64,000 nt of DNA from Acidimicrobium ferrooxidans (GCA_020723485.1 DYIU01000001.1:646265-710264), one strand, 5' to 3'. Shown: positions 9,831-19,949, counted from the first letter of the stretch. Notes: a model not told the origin generated them from the letters alone. Numbers and translations: made by a program.

Positions 9831-10280
9831 TTGGACGAGGCCCAGCCGGAACTCGGGCAGGTCGAGGCGGTGAGGCGCAACAGCTATGCGTGGTCCACCG
9901 GCGAAATAACCGGTGCGTTCCTCGAGGCGCTCCGGGACAGGGGTACCATCCTCGCTTCGCTCTGCCGCGGCTGCGGGACGGTGGCCGTTCCCCCGAACTC
10001 CTTCTGCGAGGCATGCGGCTCGACCATGAGGGATTGGAGGGAGGTCGGCCCCCGCGGGGTGGTGATGTCGTGGGCCAGGGTGGAGGCGCCGTTCGACGGG
10101 GCGCCGCTCGAGGCTCCGTTCAGATACGTGCTGGTCAGGCTGGCCGGCGCGGACACCTCCATCCTTCACCTCGCGCCGGATGACGACGCGGTGAGGATCG
10201 GGGTGACCGTCGCCCCGGAGTTCCGCGAGGAGCGCACCGGCTCGATAACAGACATCAAGTGGTTCGTACCGGAGGTATGA
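9831..10280 (+). CDS. DUF35 Zn-ribbon/OB-fold protein
   Basis: CRGC..PP..CEAC and OB-fold ending RTGSITDIKWF; TTG after GAGGAGG. Confidence 0.85.
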   Translation: MDEAQPELGQVEAVRRNSYAWSTGEITGAFLEALRDRGTILASLCRGCGTVAVPPNSFCEACGSTMRDWREVGPRGVVMSWARVEAPFDGAPLEAPFRYVLVRLAGADTSILHLAPDDDAVRIGVTVAPEFREERTGSITDIKWFVPEV

Positions 10281-10283
10281 GAA

Positions 10284-10787
10284 CTGGCCAGGAAGCAGAA
10301 AAAGCGCGAGGGTTACAGTCTGGGTGAGGCAGCCGCGGCGGCCGCCGGCGCGCAGGTTGAAGAGGTCGCGGCGGAGCTCGAGCTCTCCTACACGTACTCC
10401 CTGGGGGAATATTACGACCGCTTCTTCCGCGAACTGCGCGACAACATGCGGATAATGGGCGTCGCCTGCTCCAGGTGTGGAGCGGTGCTGCTGCCGCCCA
10501 GGCCCTACTGCGGCTTCTGCTTCGAGCCGGCCGAGGAATGGGTCCAGGTATCAGATGAGGGGACCGTGGTCACCTACACCGATGTCCACCAGGCGGTCGG
10601 CGGCCAGCCGGCCGAGCCGCCCTATACCTGCGCGCTCATCGTCCTTGACGGCGCCGATGTGCAGGTCCCTCACCTGGTGGACGAGCTGCCGCCGGGGGGC
10701 GCGCAGGTGGGCATGAGGGTGAAGGCGGTCTGGGCGGAGGATAGAAAAGGAACGCTGCACGACATAAAATACTTTCGCCCCCTTTGA
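10284..10787 (+). CDS. Second DUF35 Zn-ribbon/OB-fold protein
   Basis: CSRC..PPR.YCGFC and RKGTLHDIKYF. The frame is open upstream of the track ATG (YTYSLGEYYDRFF) to a CTG 8 nt after GGAGG. Confidence 0.8.
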   Translation: MARKQKKREGYSLGEAAAAAAGAQVEEVAAELELSYTYSLGEYYDRFFRELRDNMRIMGVACSRCGAVLLPPRPYCGFCFEPAEEWVQVSDEGTVVTYTDVHQAVGGQPAEPPYTCALIVLDGADVQVPHLVDELPPGGAQVGMRVKAVWAEDRKGTLHDIKYFRPL

Positions 10788-10833
10788 CGGGGGTGGAGTA
10801 AGCGGCGGTACCTTAGACGAGCAGGAGAGATCT

Positions 10834-12357
10834 ATGACAAGGCTCAGGGCGCCGAGGCGTCGGTGGGAGGTCCGGTGCGAAAAAGGCTGGGACACCTGGA
10901 GCGCGACTGAGATAGCGGCGCTCCAGGACGAGAAGCTCGAGCTCTTCATCAGGGACCTCGTCTATCCGTACCACCCTTACTACCGCAGGATCTTCGACGA
11001 GAACAGGATAGACCCGAAGAGCATACGCTCGGTTGCCGACCTCCAGAGGATACCGTTCACGTACAAGGAGGACATCGCCCCCTTTCCCCAGGACCCGTAC
11101 AATCCGCGCGCGTTCGTGCTCGAGCCGGGATTCGACAGTGTCAAGCTCTACAGGTCCAAGGGCTGGGTTCCGCAGGTCACGCGCGAGGAGACTGGCTCCC
11201 AGCAGGAGGAGCAGGAGTTCCGCGAGGAGTACCAGCCCGTGCTCACCATGTTCACAACCGGCCGGACCGCCGAACCGACACCGTTCTTCTTCACCCTCCA
11301 CGACCTGGAGCGGATGCGGGAGGCCGGGCGGAGGCTCGCGTCCCTGGCCGCTACTCGCGCGTCGGAGGACCTGGATTCCAGGGCTGTCCTGCTCAACAAC
11401 TTCCCGGGGACCCAGCACCTGGCATACTGGGTGGCCATCCTGTGCGCTGAAGGAACTGCAATGACGGCGCTCAACACCGGGAGCGGCCCGTCGCTGGGCG
11501 ACGAGCGGATGCTCAACATCATAGAGAGAGCGAAGCCGACGGTGTTCATGGGGCTACCGGGCTACACGTACGACCTGCTCAAGGTGGCGGCCGCCGAGGG
11601 GCGGGACTTCTCGAGCATAGAGATAGTGGTGATGGGCGGTGACAGGATAAGCAGGGGCTCGAGGGAGAAGATAGCGGAGCTCCTCGAGGAGATGGGGGCG
11701 GTGGACCCCGTCATCACCGGGGGTTTCGGTGCGACCGAGATGAAATACGCCTGGGGTGACTGCGGCGCCGATGAGAGCACCGGTTACCACACCAATCCGG
11801 ACATGAGCATCATCGAGGTGGTGAACCCGGAGACCGGAGATGTCCTGGGCGAGGGTGAGACGGGGGAGCTCGTGATAACCAACGTCGACGCGAGGGGTTC
11901 GGTGGTCCTCAGGTACCGCACCGGCGACATACTCGTCGGGGGATACACCACCGAGCCGTGCCCGCACTGCGGCAGGACCATGCCGCGCATAAGCGCGACC
12001 ATCAACCGCGGCGGCCTGTCCAAGGAGTTCGCGCTGGCGAAGGTCAAGAGCAACCTCGTGGACCTGAACACGTTCACGGCGATACTGGACAACAGCGTGG
12101 ACGTCCTGGAATGGGTCGTGGAGATAAGGAAGAGGAACGACGACCCGGAGGGAAGTGACGAGGTCTGGATATTCGTCTGCCCGACATCGGTCGGGGAGAT
12201 ATCGGGCCTGGCTGAGAGGATCGCCCGCGACGTGAAGACGAGCCTCGAGTTCAGCCCCGATAAGGTGACGGTCACGACCTACGAGGAGGTCGCCGAAAGG
12301 CTGAGCGCGGGCGGAGGCCCCAAGATCGCCCGCGTCCTCGACCTCCGCCCCCAGTAA
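10834..12357 (+). CDS. Phenylacetate-CoA ligase-like (PaaK/F390 family) adenylating enzyme
   Basis: LQRIPFTYKED, TTGRTAEP, FGATE, GELVIT and LRYRTGD motifs. Confidence 0.8.
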   Translation: MTRLRAPRRRWEVRCEKGWDTWSATEIAALQDEKLELFIRDLVYPYHPYYRRIFDENRIDPKSIRSVADLQRIPFTYKEDIAPFPQDPYNPRAFVLEPGFDSVKLYRSKGWVPQVTREETGSQQEEQEFREEYQPVLTMFTTGRTAEPTPFFFTLHDLERMREAGRRLASLAATRASEDLDSRAVLLNNFPGTQHLAYWVAILCAEGTAMTALNTGSGPSLGDERMLNIIERAKPTVFMGLPGYTYDLLKVAAAEGRDFSSIEIVVMGGDRISRGSREKIAELLEEMGAVDPVITGGFGATEMKYAWGDCGADESTGYHTNPDMSIIEVVNPETGDVLGEGETGELVITNVDARGSVVLRYRTGDILVGGYTTEPCPHCGRTMPRISATINRGGLSKEFALAKVKSNLVDLNTFTAILDNSVDVLEWVVEIRKRNDDPEGSDEVWIFVCPTSVGEISGLAERIARDVKTSLEFSPDKVTVTTYEEVAERLSAGGGPKIARVLDLRPQ

Positions 12358-12423
12358 CGCAAAATCGGGGTCAGGTCATTTTGTTGCATTTTCCTGCAAC
12401 ATGGGGCCGGGTCGCTTGTTACA
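12358..12423. repeat. REP-like element plus degenerate tandem copy
   Basis: CGCAAAATCGGGGTCAGGTCATTTTGTTGCA at 12358-12388 (1 mismatch to 63698-63728), then degenerate TGCAACATGGGGCCGGGTCGCTTGTTACA. Confidence 0.75.
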
Positions 12424-12471
12424 TCTTTCCGGCGGCCCTGCGCTCATTGAGACAGGTAAGTACAGAAGGGA

Positions 12472-12921
12472 GTGGAGCCAGTGATTGACCACAAGTTCAT
12501 CGGCAAGGAGTACCCGGTCACCGAGTACGAGATCGGGCGCGAGAAGATGAAGGAGTACGCCTCCGCCATCAACGACTCGAGCCCGTACTACTTCGACAGG
12601 GAGGTAGGAAAAAAGAGCGAGTACGGCGACAACATCGCACCACCCAACTTCGCCGCCGTCTATAGCCTCCTGGGGTGCGCCAACCTGTTCTTCGACCCCG
12701 AACTCGCGCTCAACTTCGCCATGCTGGTGCACGGCGAGCAGGAGTTCGAGTGGCTGAGGCCCGTCAAGCCGGGTGACGTCATAACCACGACCGGAAAGAT
12801 CGTGGACATAGCCGAGAAGGGCAACAACGACGTCATCAGCTACGAGGCCGAGTCGAAAAACCAGGACGGCGACGTCGTGACGGTCGCTCGCGCGACCTTT
12901 GTGATAAGGGGTGGTAACTGA
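12472..12921 (+). CDS. MaoC-like dehydratase, HadA-type subunit
   Basis: IAPPNF and LVHGEQEFEWLRPV hotdog motifs. Confidence 0.85.
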   Translation: MEPVIDHKFIGKEYPVTEYEIGREKMKEYASAINDSSPYYFDREVGKKSEYGDNIAPPNFAAVYSLLGCANLFFDPELALNFAMLVHGEQEFEWLRPVKPGDVITTTGKIVDIAEKGNNDVISYEAESKNQDGDVVTVARATFVIRGGN

Positions 12922-13337
12922 TGGCTGTCGCATTCGATGACGTCAAAGTCGGGGACGAGATCCCCAGCTTCTCCATACAGCTCGACCAGATGATGCTCTG
13001 GATGTACTCAGGGGCTTCAGGGGACTTCAACCCTATCCACAACGACAAGGAGTTCGGCGAGAAGGTCGGGCTCGGGGGGACCATTGCCCACGGCCTGTCC
13101 AGCATGGGACGCATGCAGAAGACCGTCGTCGACTGGATCGAGGACCCGGGCAAGCTGAAGAAGCTCAAGGTGCGCTTCGCCGCGCCGGCGCGCCCCGGCG
13201 ACACGGTTACGTTCAAGGGGAAGGTCATCGACAAGAAGGAAGAGGACGGCAAGAAGCTGGTGGTCCTCGAGGTCGGGGCCGAGACCCAGGACGGCGTGCA
13301 GGTCCTCACCAAAGGCGAGGCCGTAGTCCAGCTCTGA
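12921..13337 (+). CDS. MaoC family (R)-hydratase, HadB-type subunit
   Basis: SGDFNPIH and IAHG hydratase-2 motif. Confidence 0.9.
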   Translation: MAVAFDDVKVGDEIPSFSIQLDQMMLWMYSGASGDFNPIHNDKEFGEKVGLGGTIAHGLSSMGRMQKTVVDWIEDPGKLKKLKVRFAAPARPGDTVTFKGKVIDKKEEDGKKLVVLEVGAETQDGVQVLTKGEAVVQL

Positions 13338-13362
13338 GCGGGGTCAGCCCACTTTCGTCGCA
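13337..13362. repeat. Degenerate REP-like copy
   Basis: AGCGGGGTCAGCCCACTTTCGTCGCA resembles the 36033 copy. Confidence 0.4.
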
Positions 13363-13532
13363 CCGGAACAGTCGAGGTGCCCTTTGGAGAGGCGACTGAT
13401 CAGCCCCGCCCGCTCTTTGCGCGTCTAAAGTCGTCCGAATGTATCAGGGCGCCGTCTTTTGGCAAGTGACCGAGAGGCGATGTTCCCGTTATACTAGACG
13501 CCACACGAATCGTCGCTTGGTGGAGGTATATC

Positions 13533-14408
13533 TTGATAAAGATGGTCATACCCAAGGGGAGCCTGGAGGAGCAGACGCTCGCGCTCCTGAGGGACGCGGA
13601 CCTGCCGGTCAGGCGCTCGGGAGACCGCGAGTACAACGCCCGCATAGATGATGAGCGCATCTCGCAGGTCGCCATCCTGCGCCCCCAGGAGATCGGCAAG
13701 TACGTCGAGGAAGGGCTTTTCGACCTCGGGATAACGGGGCATGACTGGATACTCGAGACCGGTGCCGACGTCGAAGAGATCGCGGAGTTCCCCTACGCGA
13801 AGACCGGAACCGGCGGCAGGCTGCGCATCGTGCTTGCGGTCCTGAGCTCCTCAGGGGTCACAAGCCCCGGGGACCTGCCCCCCGGCACGAAAGTCGCGAC
13901 CGAGTACCCGAACATAGCCGGGAGGTACTTCGCCGAAAAGGGCGTGGACGCGAAGGTCATACTCTCGGCGGGGGCAACCGAGGCCAAGGTCCCCAACATC
14001 GTCGACGCGGTGATCGAGATAACTGAGACGGGCAGCACGCTGCGGGCCCATGGGCTCGAGATCATCGACGAGGTGCTCGAGACCTCTACCAGGCTGGTGG
14101 CTAACCGTGACAGCTGGGCGGACCCGGACAGGCGAAAGGTGATGGAAGAGATAAAGATGCTCCTGCTGGCGGCACTCCTGGCGCGCGGAAAGGTGCTCCT
14201 CAAGATGAACGTCAACTCACAGGACCAGAAGAAGGTGCTCGAGATACTTCCATCTCTCGATTCTCCGACCCTGAACCACCTGGCTAACGGCGAGTTCGCC
14301 ATCGAGACGGTGGTCGAGAAGAGGAGCCTCGCGGAGCTCATCCCTCGCCTGAAGGAGGCGGGAGCGACCGGCATACTCGAGATACCCCTGGGCAAAGTGG
14401 TGCCCTGA
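13533..14408 (+). CDS. hisG: ATP phosphoribosyltransferase (long form)
   Basis: PKGSL, DLGITGHD, ATEYP, GATE and ETGSTL motifs; C-terminal regulatory domain (SPT..GATGIL). Confidence 0.92.
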   Translation: MIKMVIPKGSLEEQTLALLRDADLPVRRSGDREYNARIDDERISQVAILRPQEIGKYVEEGLFDLGITGHDWILETGADVEEIAEFPYAKTGTGGRLRIVLAVLSSSGVTSPGDLPPGTKVATEYPNIAGRYFAEKGVDAKVILSAGATEAKVPNIVDAVIEITETGSTLRAHGLEIIDEVLETSTRLVANRDSWADPDRRKVMEEIKMLLLAALLARGKVLLKMNVNSQDQKKVLEILPSLDSPTLNHLANGEFAIETVVEKRSLAELIPRLKEAGATGILEIPLGKVVP

Positions 14409-14427
14409 CGACTTCGACGGAGGCAAG

Positions 14428-16968
14428 GTGAGGAGGCAGTACACCCCGGAGGACATGGCGATGGCCGCCCAGTGGGCGGTATGCCTCGTGCTCGCCCCCT
14501 TCGTTCTGCTCCCCCTGTTCCCCAGGCAGGAGATCGCGCTCTTTATCCGCATGTCGATAGTGATCGGCTCGTTCCTGTTCAGCGGCCTGATGACCGCGAT
14601 CTACCTCAAGGCGCGGCAGACGTCCCGCAGGCGCGCCGCAATGGTGGTGAACATAACCGCGGCAGCGGACGCGCTGCTCGTTCTGCTGGTGCTGCTGATA
14701 TGGCCGAGGTACATTCCCGGTGCGTTCTGGATACTGACCATCCTCATCGTGGTCATCGCCGCCCGGTTCGGATACCTGGAGGCTGTGGTCCTTGCGATGG
14801 TCGTATCGATACTCTATCTCGTGACCATCTTCGTGGGGTACGGCTCGGAGATAAACAGGATGATAATAGCGGACGCGTCCCTGCGCCTGGTGCTCATGTG
14901 GATGATAGCCGGCGTCGCCGCGGTCCTGGTACAGAGCGAGAAGCGCGAGCGGAGGGAAGCCAGGATCCTCTCGCGCATAGCCGCGGCGATAGGTTCCACG
15001 CTGGATGCCGACGAGCTCCTGAGCGCCGTAGTGGAGGGCATCAGCGAAGCGACCGGGCCCGGCCGTGTCAGCGCTTTCATGCTCACATCCGACAGGAGGT
15101 GGGCGATCCCGAGGAGCACCACCGAGCGGGACCACGAGCTCCGCGAAAAGATCTTCGCGCGCAGGGTCGACCTCAAAGCGGAGAACGTCGTCAGCCGGGC
15201 CGTGGAGACGGGCCAGCCGGTCATAGTGGAGGATCCCGCCAGCGAGCCGCTGCTCGATAGCAGGTGGACGGAGGAACTGGACCTGCAGTCGCTCATGGTG
15301 CTCCCCATAACGATCCGCGACGAGGCCAGGGGAATAATCGCCGTCGAGAGGCGCGGGCGCAACCGTCCCTTCACAGACCGGGAGCTCTTCGTGTGCGGGG
15401 CCATTCTCGCCCAGGCGGCCGCCGGTCTCGAGAACGCAATGAGGTACGCCGAGGAGCAGCGGAAGCGGAGCGAGGCGGACACGCTCTACCGGGCCAGCAG
15501 GGAGCTCGGTTCGACCCTCGAGCTCGACGGCGTGCTCGAGAACGCCTGCAGGCTGGCGGCCCGGAACACCGGGGCGTCCGGGTGTGCCGCGTTCCTGCTG
15601 GACCAGCAAGGCCGCACGCTGGTCCCACGCCTGATGATGGGCGGAGGCGCCAGACGCACCACGTTCCCCCCCGGCAGCGGCATAGACGCGGTCGATTTCG
15701 AGGAGATGTACAACCTCGCCCAGAGGCCTCCCGCGCTGAGCCTCGACAACCCCGCCGACAATCCCGCCCTGCCGGCCTTCATAAGGTCCGCGCGCACAGC
15801 GATGGTCTCGCCGTTCTACATGCACGGGGTCATCGGCGGCCTCCTGTGCGTGACCGATACCGAGCCCCGGGATTTCGACGACACCCAGGTGACAAAGCTC
15901 GCCCTGGTCGCCAGCGAGGTCGCGCTCGCGGTGATCAACGCGAGGCTGCACGAGCGCATCAAGACCGACGCCGCTCAGATGGCCAGCCTGGTCCAGCTCA
16001 CCAATGCCATCGGCTCCACCGACGACCTCTCCACCATTATGAGGCTCGCGCTGGACAGCGTGCGCCACCTGTTCGACTGCTCCTCGGGGCTCATCTACCG
16101 CATCGACGAGAAGGACGGGACGATGCGCTGCGTCGAGTCCTTCGGTTACGACCGCGAGATACTCGAGCGGATCTCCTCGCCGCCGTACCCCCGCACCGAG
16201 GACTGCTGGACCGTATCGGAGGGCCGCCTCATCGGGGTGGACGACCTCTCCCGGACCAGGCTCTCGTGCAGGACGCTCGAGAAGATAGGGCAGGGCTCTA
16301 CCATGTGCGTGACCATGCAGGCCGAGGGCAGGCCGCTGGGTGTCCTGCACGTCCGCAGCGAGCGGCCCAACGCCTTCACCGAGGAGGACCAGCAGCTTGC
16401 GCTTGCATTCGCGGACCAGGTGGGACTCGCGCTCCAGCGCGCGCTGCTCTTTGAAGAGATAAACAGGCTCGCGATAACCGACCCGCTGACCGGCGTCTTC
16501 AACGTCCGCAGGCTGGAGGTAGTGCTCGCGGACGAAGTATCCAGGGCACGGCGGTACAGGCGTCCCATCTCCTTCCTGATGGTCGACCTCGACAACCTCA
16601 AGGACTACAACGACACCCACGGCCACCAGCAGGGAGACATAGTGCTCTCGCAGGTGGCGTCCATCATCGACTCGAGCACCCGCGACGCGGACAAGGTGTT
16701 CAGGTACGGGGGCGACGAGTTCTGCGTCATCCTCCCGGAGACCGACTCCGACGAGGCCATGGTCGTCGCGGAGAAGGTCCGCCGCGCGGTGGCTGAGTTC
16801 CACTTCGCCGGGGAGGAGAAGCTGCCCTCGGAGAGCATGACCATAAGCGTCGGCGTCGCGGCCTTCCCCCGTGACTGCGAGGAGGAAGCCACCCTCATCC
16901 ACAAGGCCGACCTGGCCCTCTACGCGGCCAAGCAGACCGGCCGCAACTCGGTCTCGTCAGCTTTCTAG
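14428..16968 (+). CDS. Membrane triple-GAF diguanylate cyclase
   Basis: N-terminal TMs, three GAF repeats, TDPLTG, RDAD I-site, YGGDEF. Confidence 0.9.
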   Translation: MRRQYTPEDMAMAAQWAVCLVLAPFVLLPLFPRQEIALFIRMSIVIGSFLFSGLMTAIYLKARQTSRRRAAMVVNITAAADALLVLLVLLIWPRYIPGAFWILTILIVVIAARFGYLEAVVLAMVVSILYLVTIFVGYGSEINRMIIADASLRLVLMWMIAGVAAVLVQSEKRERREARILSRIAAAIGSTLDADELLSAVVEGISEATGPGRVSAFMLTSDRRWAIPRSTTERDHELREKIFARRVDLKAENVVSRAVETGQPVIVEDPASEPLLDSRWTEELDLQSLMVLPITIRDEARGIIAVERRGRNRPFTDRELFVCGAILAQAAAGLENAMRYAEEQRKRSEADTLYRASRELGSTLELDGVLENACRLAARNTGASGCAAFLLDQQGRTLVPRLMMGGGARRTTFPPGSGIDAVDFEEMYNLAQRPPALSLDNPADNPALPAFIRSARTAMVSPFYMHGVIGGLLCVTDTEPRDFDDTQVTKLALVASEVALAVINARLHERIKTDAAQMASLVQLTNAIGSTDDLSTIMRLALDSVRHLFDCSSGLIYRIDEKDGTMRCVESFGYDREILERISSPPYPRTEDCWTVSEGRLIGVDDLSRTRLSCRTLEKIGQGSTMCVTMQAEGRPLGVLHVRSERPNAFTEEDQQLALAFADQVGLALQRALLFEEINRLAITDPLTGVFNVRRLEVVLADEVSRARRYRRPISFLMVDLDNLKDYNDTHGHQQGDIVLSQVASIIDSSTRDADKVFRYGGDEFCVILPETDSDEAMVVAEKVRRAVAEFHFAGEEKLPSESMTISVGVAAFPRDCEEEATLIHKADLALYAAKQTGRNSVSSAF

Positions 16969-17018
16969 AGCGTTTCCCGGGGCGCTAAAGCCGCGCCTGA
17001 ACGCGGCCGATAATCTCC

Positions 17019-17046
17019 TTGCAAATGTTATTCGCCGTGCTATAAT
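17019..17046 (+). promoter_or_regulatory. Sigma70-type promoter of greA
   Basis: TTGCAA-16 nt-TATAAT with extended TG. Confidence 0.6.
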
Positions 17047-17127
17047 ACTCGCCAATGCCACGGCGATAACAAACGGAAGCTACTGTCTTGAAAGGGCGGT
17101 AGCGTCCATTTTTTTCGGGGTGAATCG

Positions 17128-17625
17128 ATGGAAATGCTGGACCAGGAGATGAAAGGCGAAGTCGTCCTCACCGAGGCAGGACGCAAAAAGCTCGCCGACG
17201 AGCTCGCCGAACTCAAGAGTGTCAAGCGGCGCGAGGTGGCCGAGAGGCTCAAGAACGCCATAACTTACGGCGACCTCACCGAGAACTCGGAATACGACGA
17301 CGCGAAGAACGAGCAGGCTCGCGTAGAGCACCGCATCGACCAGATCGAGACCATGCTCTCCAAGGCGAGGGTGATCAACCCGCGCCAGGTCAAGACCAAG
17401 GAGGTCGGCATCGGCTCCCTGGTCGAGATCAAGAAGGTCGGGCACAGCAAGCAGCAGTTCACCTACAGGATAGTGGGGCCCGCCGAAGCGAACCCGGACA
17501 ACCACATGATCTCCTACGAAAGCCCGGTAGGCCGCGCGCTGATGGGCCTCAAGGTCAACGAAATCGCGGTCGTAAAAGCGCCCGCGGGCGAGATCAAGTA
17601 CCGGATACTCTCCATCAAGCGATAG
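17128..17625 (+). CDS. greA: Transcription elongation factor GreA
   Basis: GDLTENSEY and ISYESPVGRAL motifs. Confidence 0.95.
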   Translation: MEMLDQEMKGEVVLTEAGRKKLADELAELKSVKRREVAERLKNAITYGDLTENSEYDDAKNEQARVEHRIDQIETMLSKARVINPRQVKTKEVGIGSLVEIKKVGHSKQQFTYRIVGPAEANPDNHMISYESPVGRALMGLKVNEIAVVKAPAGEIKYRILSIKR

Positions 17626-17784
17626 CCGGCCAGGCGGCATCCCGCCAGTCCGGACCCCTGAAGGACCTGCGCGCCGTCCCCCGCCGGGCGCGGGACGTCC
17701 ACGAATGAAATCGCCTCACACTCCGTATTACCGTGCGATCAGGTCATGGCGCACTGTACTTTTCGACAGGGAGGGTGACGGTCG

Positions 17785-18303
17785 ATGTCGGAATACCAGC
17801 CGAAGTCCTATCCGTGGAGGGCCTGGCGGCGGCTCGCCGCGCTGGCCCGCGGGCGCTCGGTCCCACTGCGGGGCAACAGGCGCGCTCTCAGAAAGCGGGT
17901 GCTCGCCCGCTCGCTGGTGCCCCTCGCCCCGGCGCTCGTCGGACATCCCGCGCAGGCATTCGACCTGGAACCGCGCGTTGTGGCGGACGCCGCATCCGAG
18001 ATGATAGTCGCCGGGCCCGCCGAGGCGTTCCTGGCCGTGCTGGGGAGCGTTCACGTCCTGAACTTCCTGTCGGTCATCACGACAGGAAGGCGCCTGCGGT
18101 CCCTGGGCGAGCCCGACCAGGCGAGGGTCATCTCGCGGGCTTCTACGAGCAGGGTCATGCTCCTCAGGGGCGCCTCGATGCTCGCCGGGCTGCCCCTGAA
18201 AGTCGCTTACTACAACCACGACGACGTCTGCTGCGGCCTGGGCTTCACACGGTCCGCGCTCCGGGAGGACGCGGGCAGGCACCAGGTGACCCGGGACCGC
18301 TGA
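17785..18303 (+). CDS. Hypothetical protein, likely small partner of the GMC oxidoreductase
   Basis: GGAGGG RBS; C-terminal LKVAYY..LGF pattern seen in GMC partner subunits (from memory). Confidence 0.5.
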   Translation: MSEYQPKSYPWRAWRRLAALARGRSVPLRGNRRALRKRVLARSLVPLAPALVGHPAQAFDLEPRVVADAASEMIVAGPAEAFLAVLGSVHVLNFLSVITTGRRLRSLGEPDQARVISRASTSRVMLLRGASMLAGLPLKVAYYNHDDVCCGLGFTRSALREDAGRHQVTRDR

Positions 18304-18344
18304 GTCCAGCCGGGCGCGCATACGAACGAGAGGGGTCGAGACAT

Positions 18345-19949
18345 ATGCTCCATACCTGGAAGAGCCTCGGACTCAGGGGGAAGACACGCGCGGTCGAGCT
18401 CGAAGCCGACGTCGTGATAGTGGGCTCCGGTGCCGGGGGCGCCCCGCTCGCGAGCGAGCTGGCCGGCGAAGGTTACTCCGTCGTGGTCCTGGAGGAGGGC
18501 GGGTACTTCCCGACAGAGTCGTTCGGCTTCGACTGCCGGCGCGCCGTCGTGGAGATGTACAGGGACGGCGGGATGACCTTCGCCCTGGGGATGCCGGTGG
18601 TGCTCTGTCCGACAGGCAGGACTATCGGGGGCACCACCACCATCAACCAGGGCACGGCCCTCAGGATGCCCCGGGGGGTCCTGCAGGAATGGAGGACCGG
18701 GTATGGGCTCTCGGAGATCACCTACGAGGAACTGAGCCTCTACTACGGGGCTGTGGAGGAGTTCATATACGTCTCGAAGCCTGACCCCGAGGTCGCGGGC
18801 CTCAACGCCGCTAAGTTCATCGCCGGCGCCAGGGCGATGGGGCTCGAGGCCGAGTACCTGCCGAGGAACGCCAAGGACTGCGAGGGGTACGGCGTGTGTT
18901 GCTTCGGCTGTCCCACCGGCGCGAAGCAGAGCACGAATATCTCGTACATCCCCGAGGCGCTCAGGAAAGGGGCCGACGTCTACGCCGACTGCCGCGTGGA
19001 CCGGGTGCTGGTCGAGGAAGGCAGGGCCGCGGGCGTCACGGGTCGGTTCGTAGAACACGACACGCGCGCGTCCGGGCCCCGGATCACGGTCCACGCCGAG
19101 GTCGTCGTCCTGTCCTGCGGGACAGTCGGGACGCCGCTGGTGCTCAAGCGGAGCGGGATCGCCGATTCGAGCGGCCAGGTCGGACGTAACTTCAGGCTCC
19201 ACCCGGTCACGCAGGTGGTGCCGATATTCGACGAGCTGGTGGAACCGCACAGGGGGGTCTCTCAGAGCGCCTGGGTCCACGAGTTCCTTGACCAGGGTAT
19301 CAGCCTCGAGACCACCGTCCTGCCCCCGGACATGCTCACCATGACGGTCCCCCATGCTGCGCGCGAGCACGCCGAGGTCATGTCTCAGTATCCGAACAGC
19401 GGGCTGGTGGGAGTGATGATAAAGGACTCCACTACCGGCCGGGTCATGCCGAGGCCGGGCGGCGGAGCGTCGCTCTACTACCAGGTCGGCAGGGAAGACC
19501 TGCGGCGGATGAAGCTCGGGAACCTGGTCGCGAGCGAGATATCGTTCGCCGCGGGGGCGAAGCGCGTCATCACGATGATCTCGGGCCACCACGAATTGAG
19601 GGGCCCGGGCGACGTCGCGAGGCTGAGGGCAGCGAAGGTGAAGGCGCGCCAGTACTTCGCGATGAGCGGCTGGCACCCGATGGGCACCTGCAGGATGGGC
19701 TCCGACCCCGAGTGGTCGGTGGTAGGGCACACCCTGGAGACGTGGGACGTGCCGGACCTGTTCATCTCGGACGCGAGCGTCTTCCCGACCGCGCTGGGCG
19801 TGAATCCCCAGCTCACCATAATGGCGCTGTCCATGCGCTGCGCCGGCTTCATCGACGAGAGGCTGCGTGAGCGCGGCGTCCCGGCCCGGGGCCGCGACGA
19901 CGAGCTCGAGCGCATGCTCTTCGCCGAGCGGGCCGCGTCCTCGCGCTGA
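18345..19949 (+). CDS. GMC-family oxidoreductase
   Basis: DVVIVGSGAGG, GGTTTIN, C..C.FGCPTGAKQS, HPMGTCRMG and GVNPQLTI motifs. Confidence 0.9.
   Translation: MLHTWKSLGLRGKTRAVELEADVVIVGSGAGGAPLASELAGEGYSVVVLEEGGYFPTESFGFDCRRAVVEMYRDGGMTFALGMPVVLCPTGRTIGGTTTINQGTALRMPRGVLQEWRTGYGLSEITYEELSLYYGAVEEFIYVSKPDPEVAGLNAAKFIAGARAMGLEAEYLPRNAKDCEGYGVCCFGCPTGAKQSTNISYIPEALRKGADVYADCRVDRVLVEEGRAAGVTGRFVEHDTRASGPRITVHAEVVVLSCGTVGTPLVLKRSGIADSSGQVGRNFRLHPVTQVVPIFDELVEPHRGVSQSAWVHEFLDQGISLETTVLPPDMLTMTVPHAAREHAEVMSQYPNSGLVGVMIKDSTTGRVMPRPGGGASLYYQVGREDLRRMKLGNLVASEISFAAGAKRVITMISGHHELRGPGDVARLRAAKVKARQYFAMSGWHPMGTCRMGSDPEWSVVGHTLETWDVPDLFISDASVFPTALGVNPQLTIMALSMRCAGFIDERLRERGVPARGRDDELERMLFAERAASSR

Noticed and set aside
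10278-10280. Selenocysteine at the in-frame TGA
   Set aside because: The position is an interdomain linker, not a Cys-equivalent site, and I recognise no SECIS.
14338-16902. 854-aa antisense ORF and similar long shadow ORFs (18210-20171, 20059-21573, 23383-24891)
   Set aside because: Expected opposite real genes in high-GC DNA; no recognisable motifs.
17733-18344. N-terminal extension of the GMC ORF (also extensions at 8554, 9033, 19867, 28210, 34523, 43128)
   Set aside because: Arg/Pro-rich non-homologous sequence overlapping other genes or promoters; better RBS-linked starts lie downstream.
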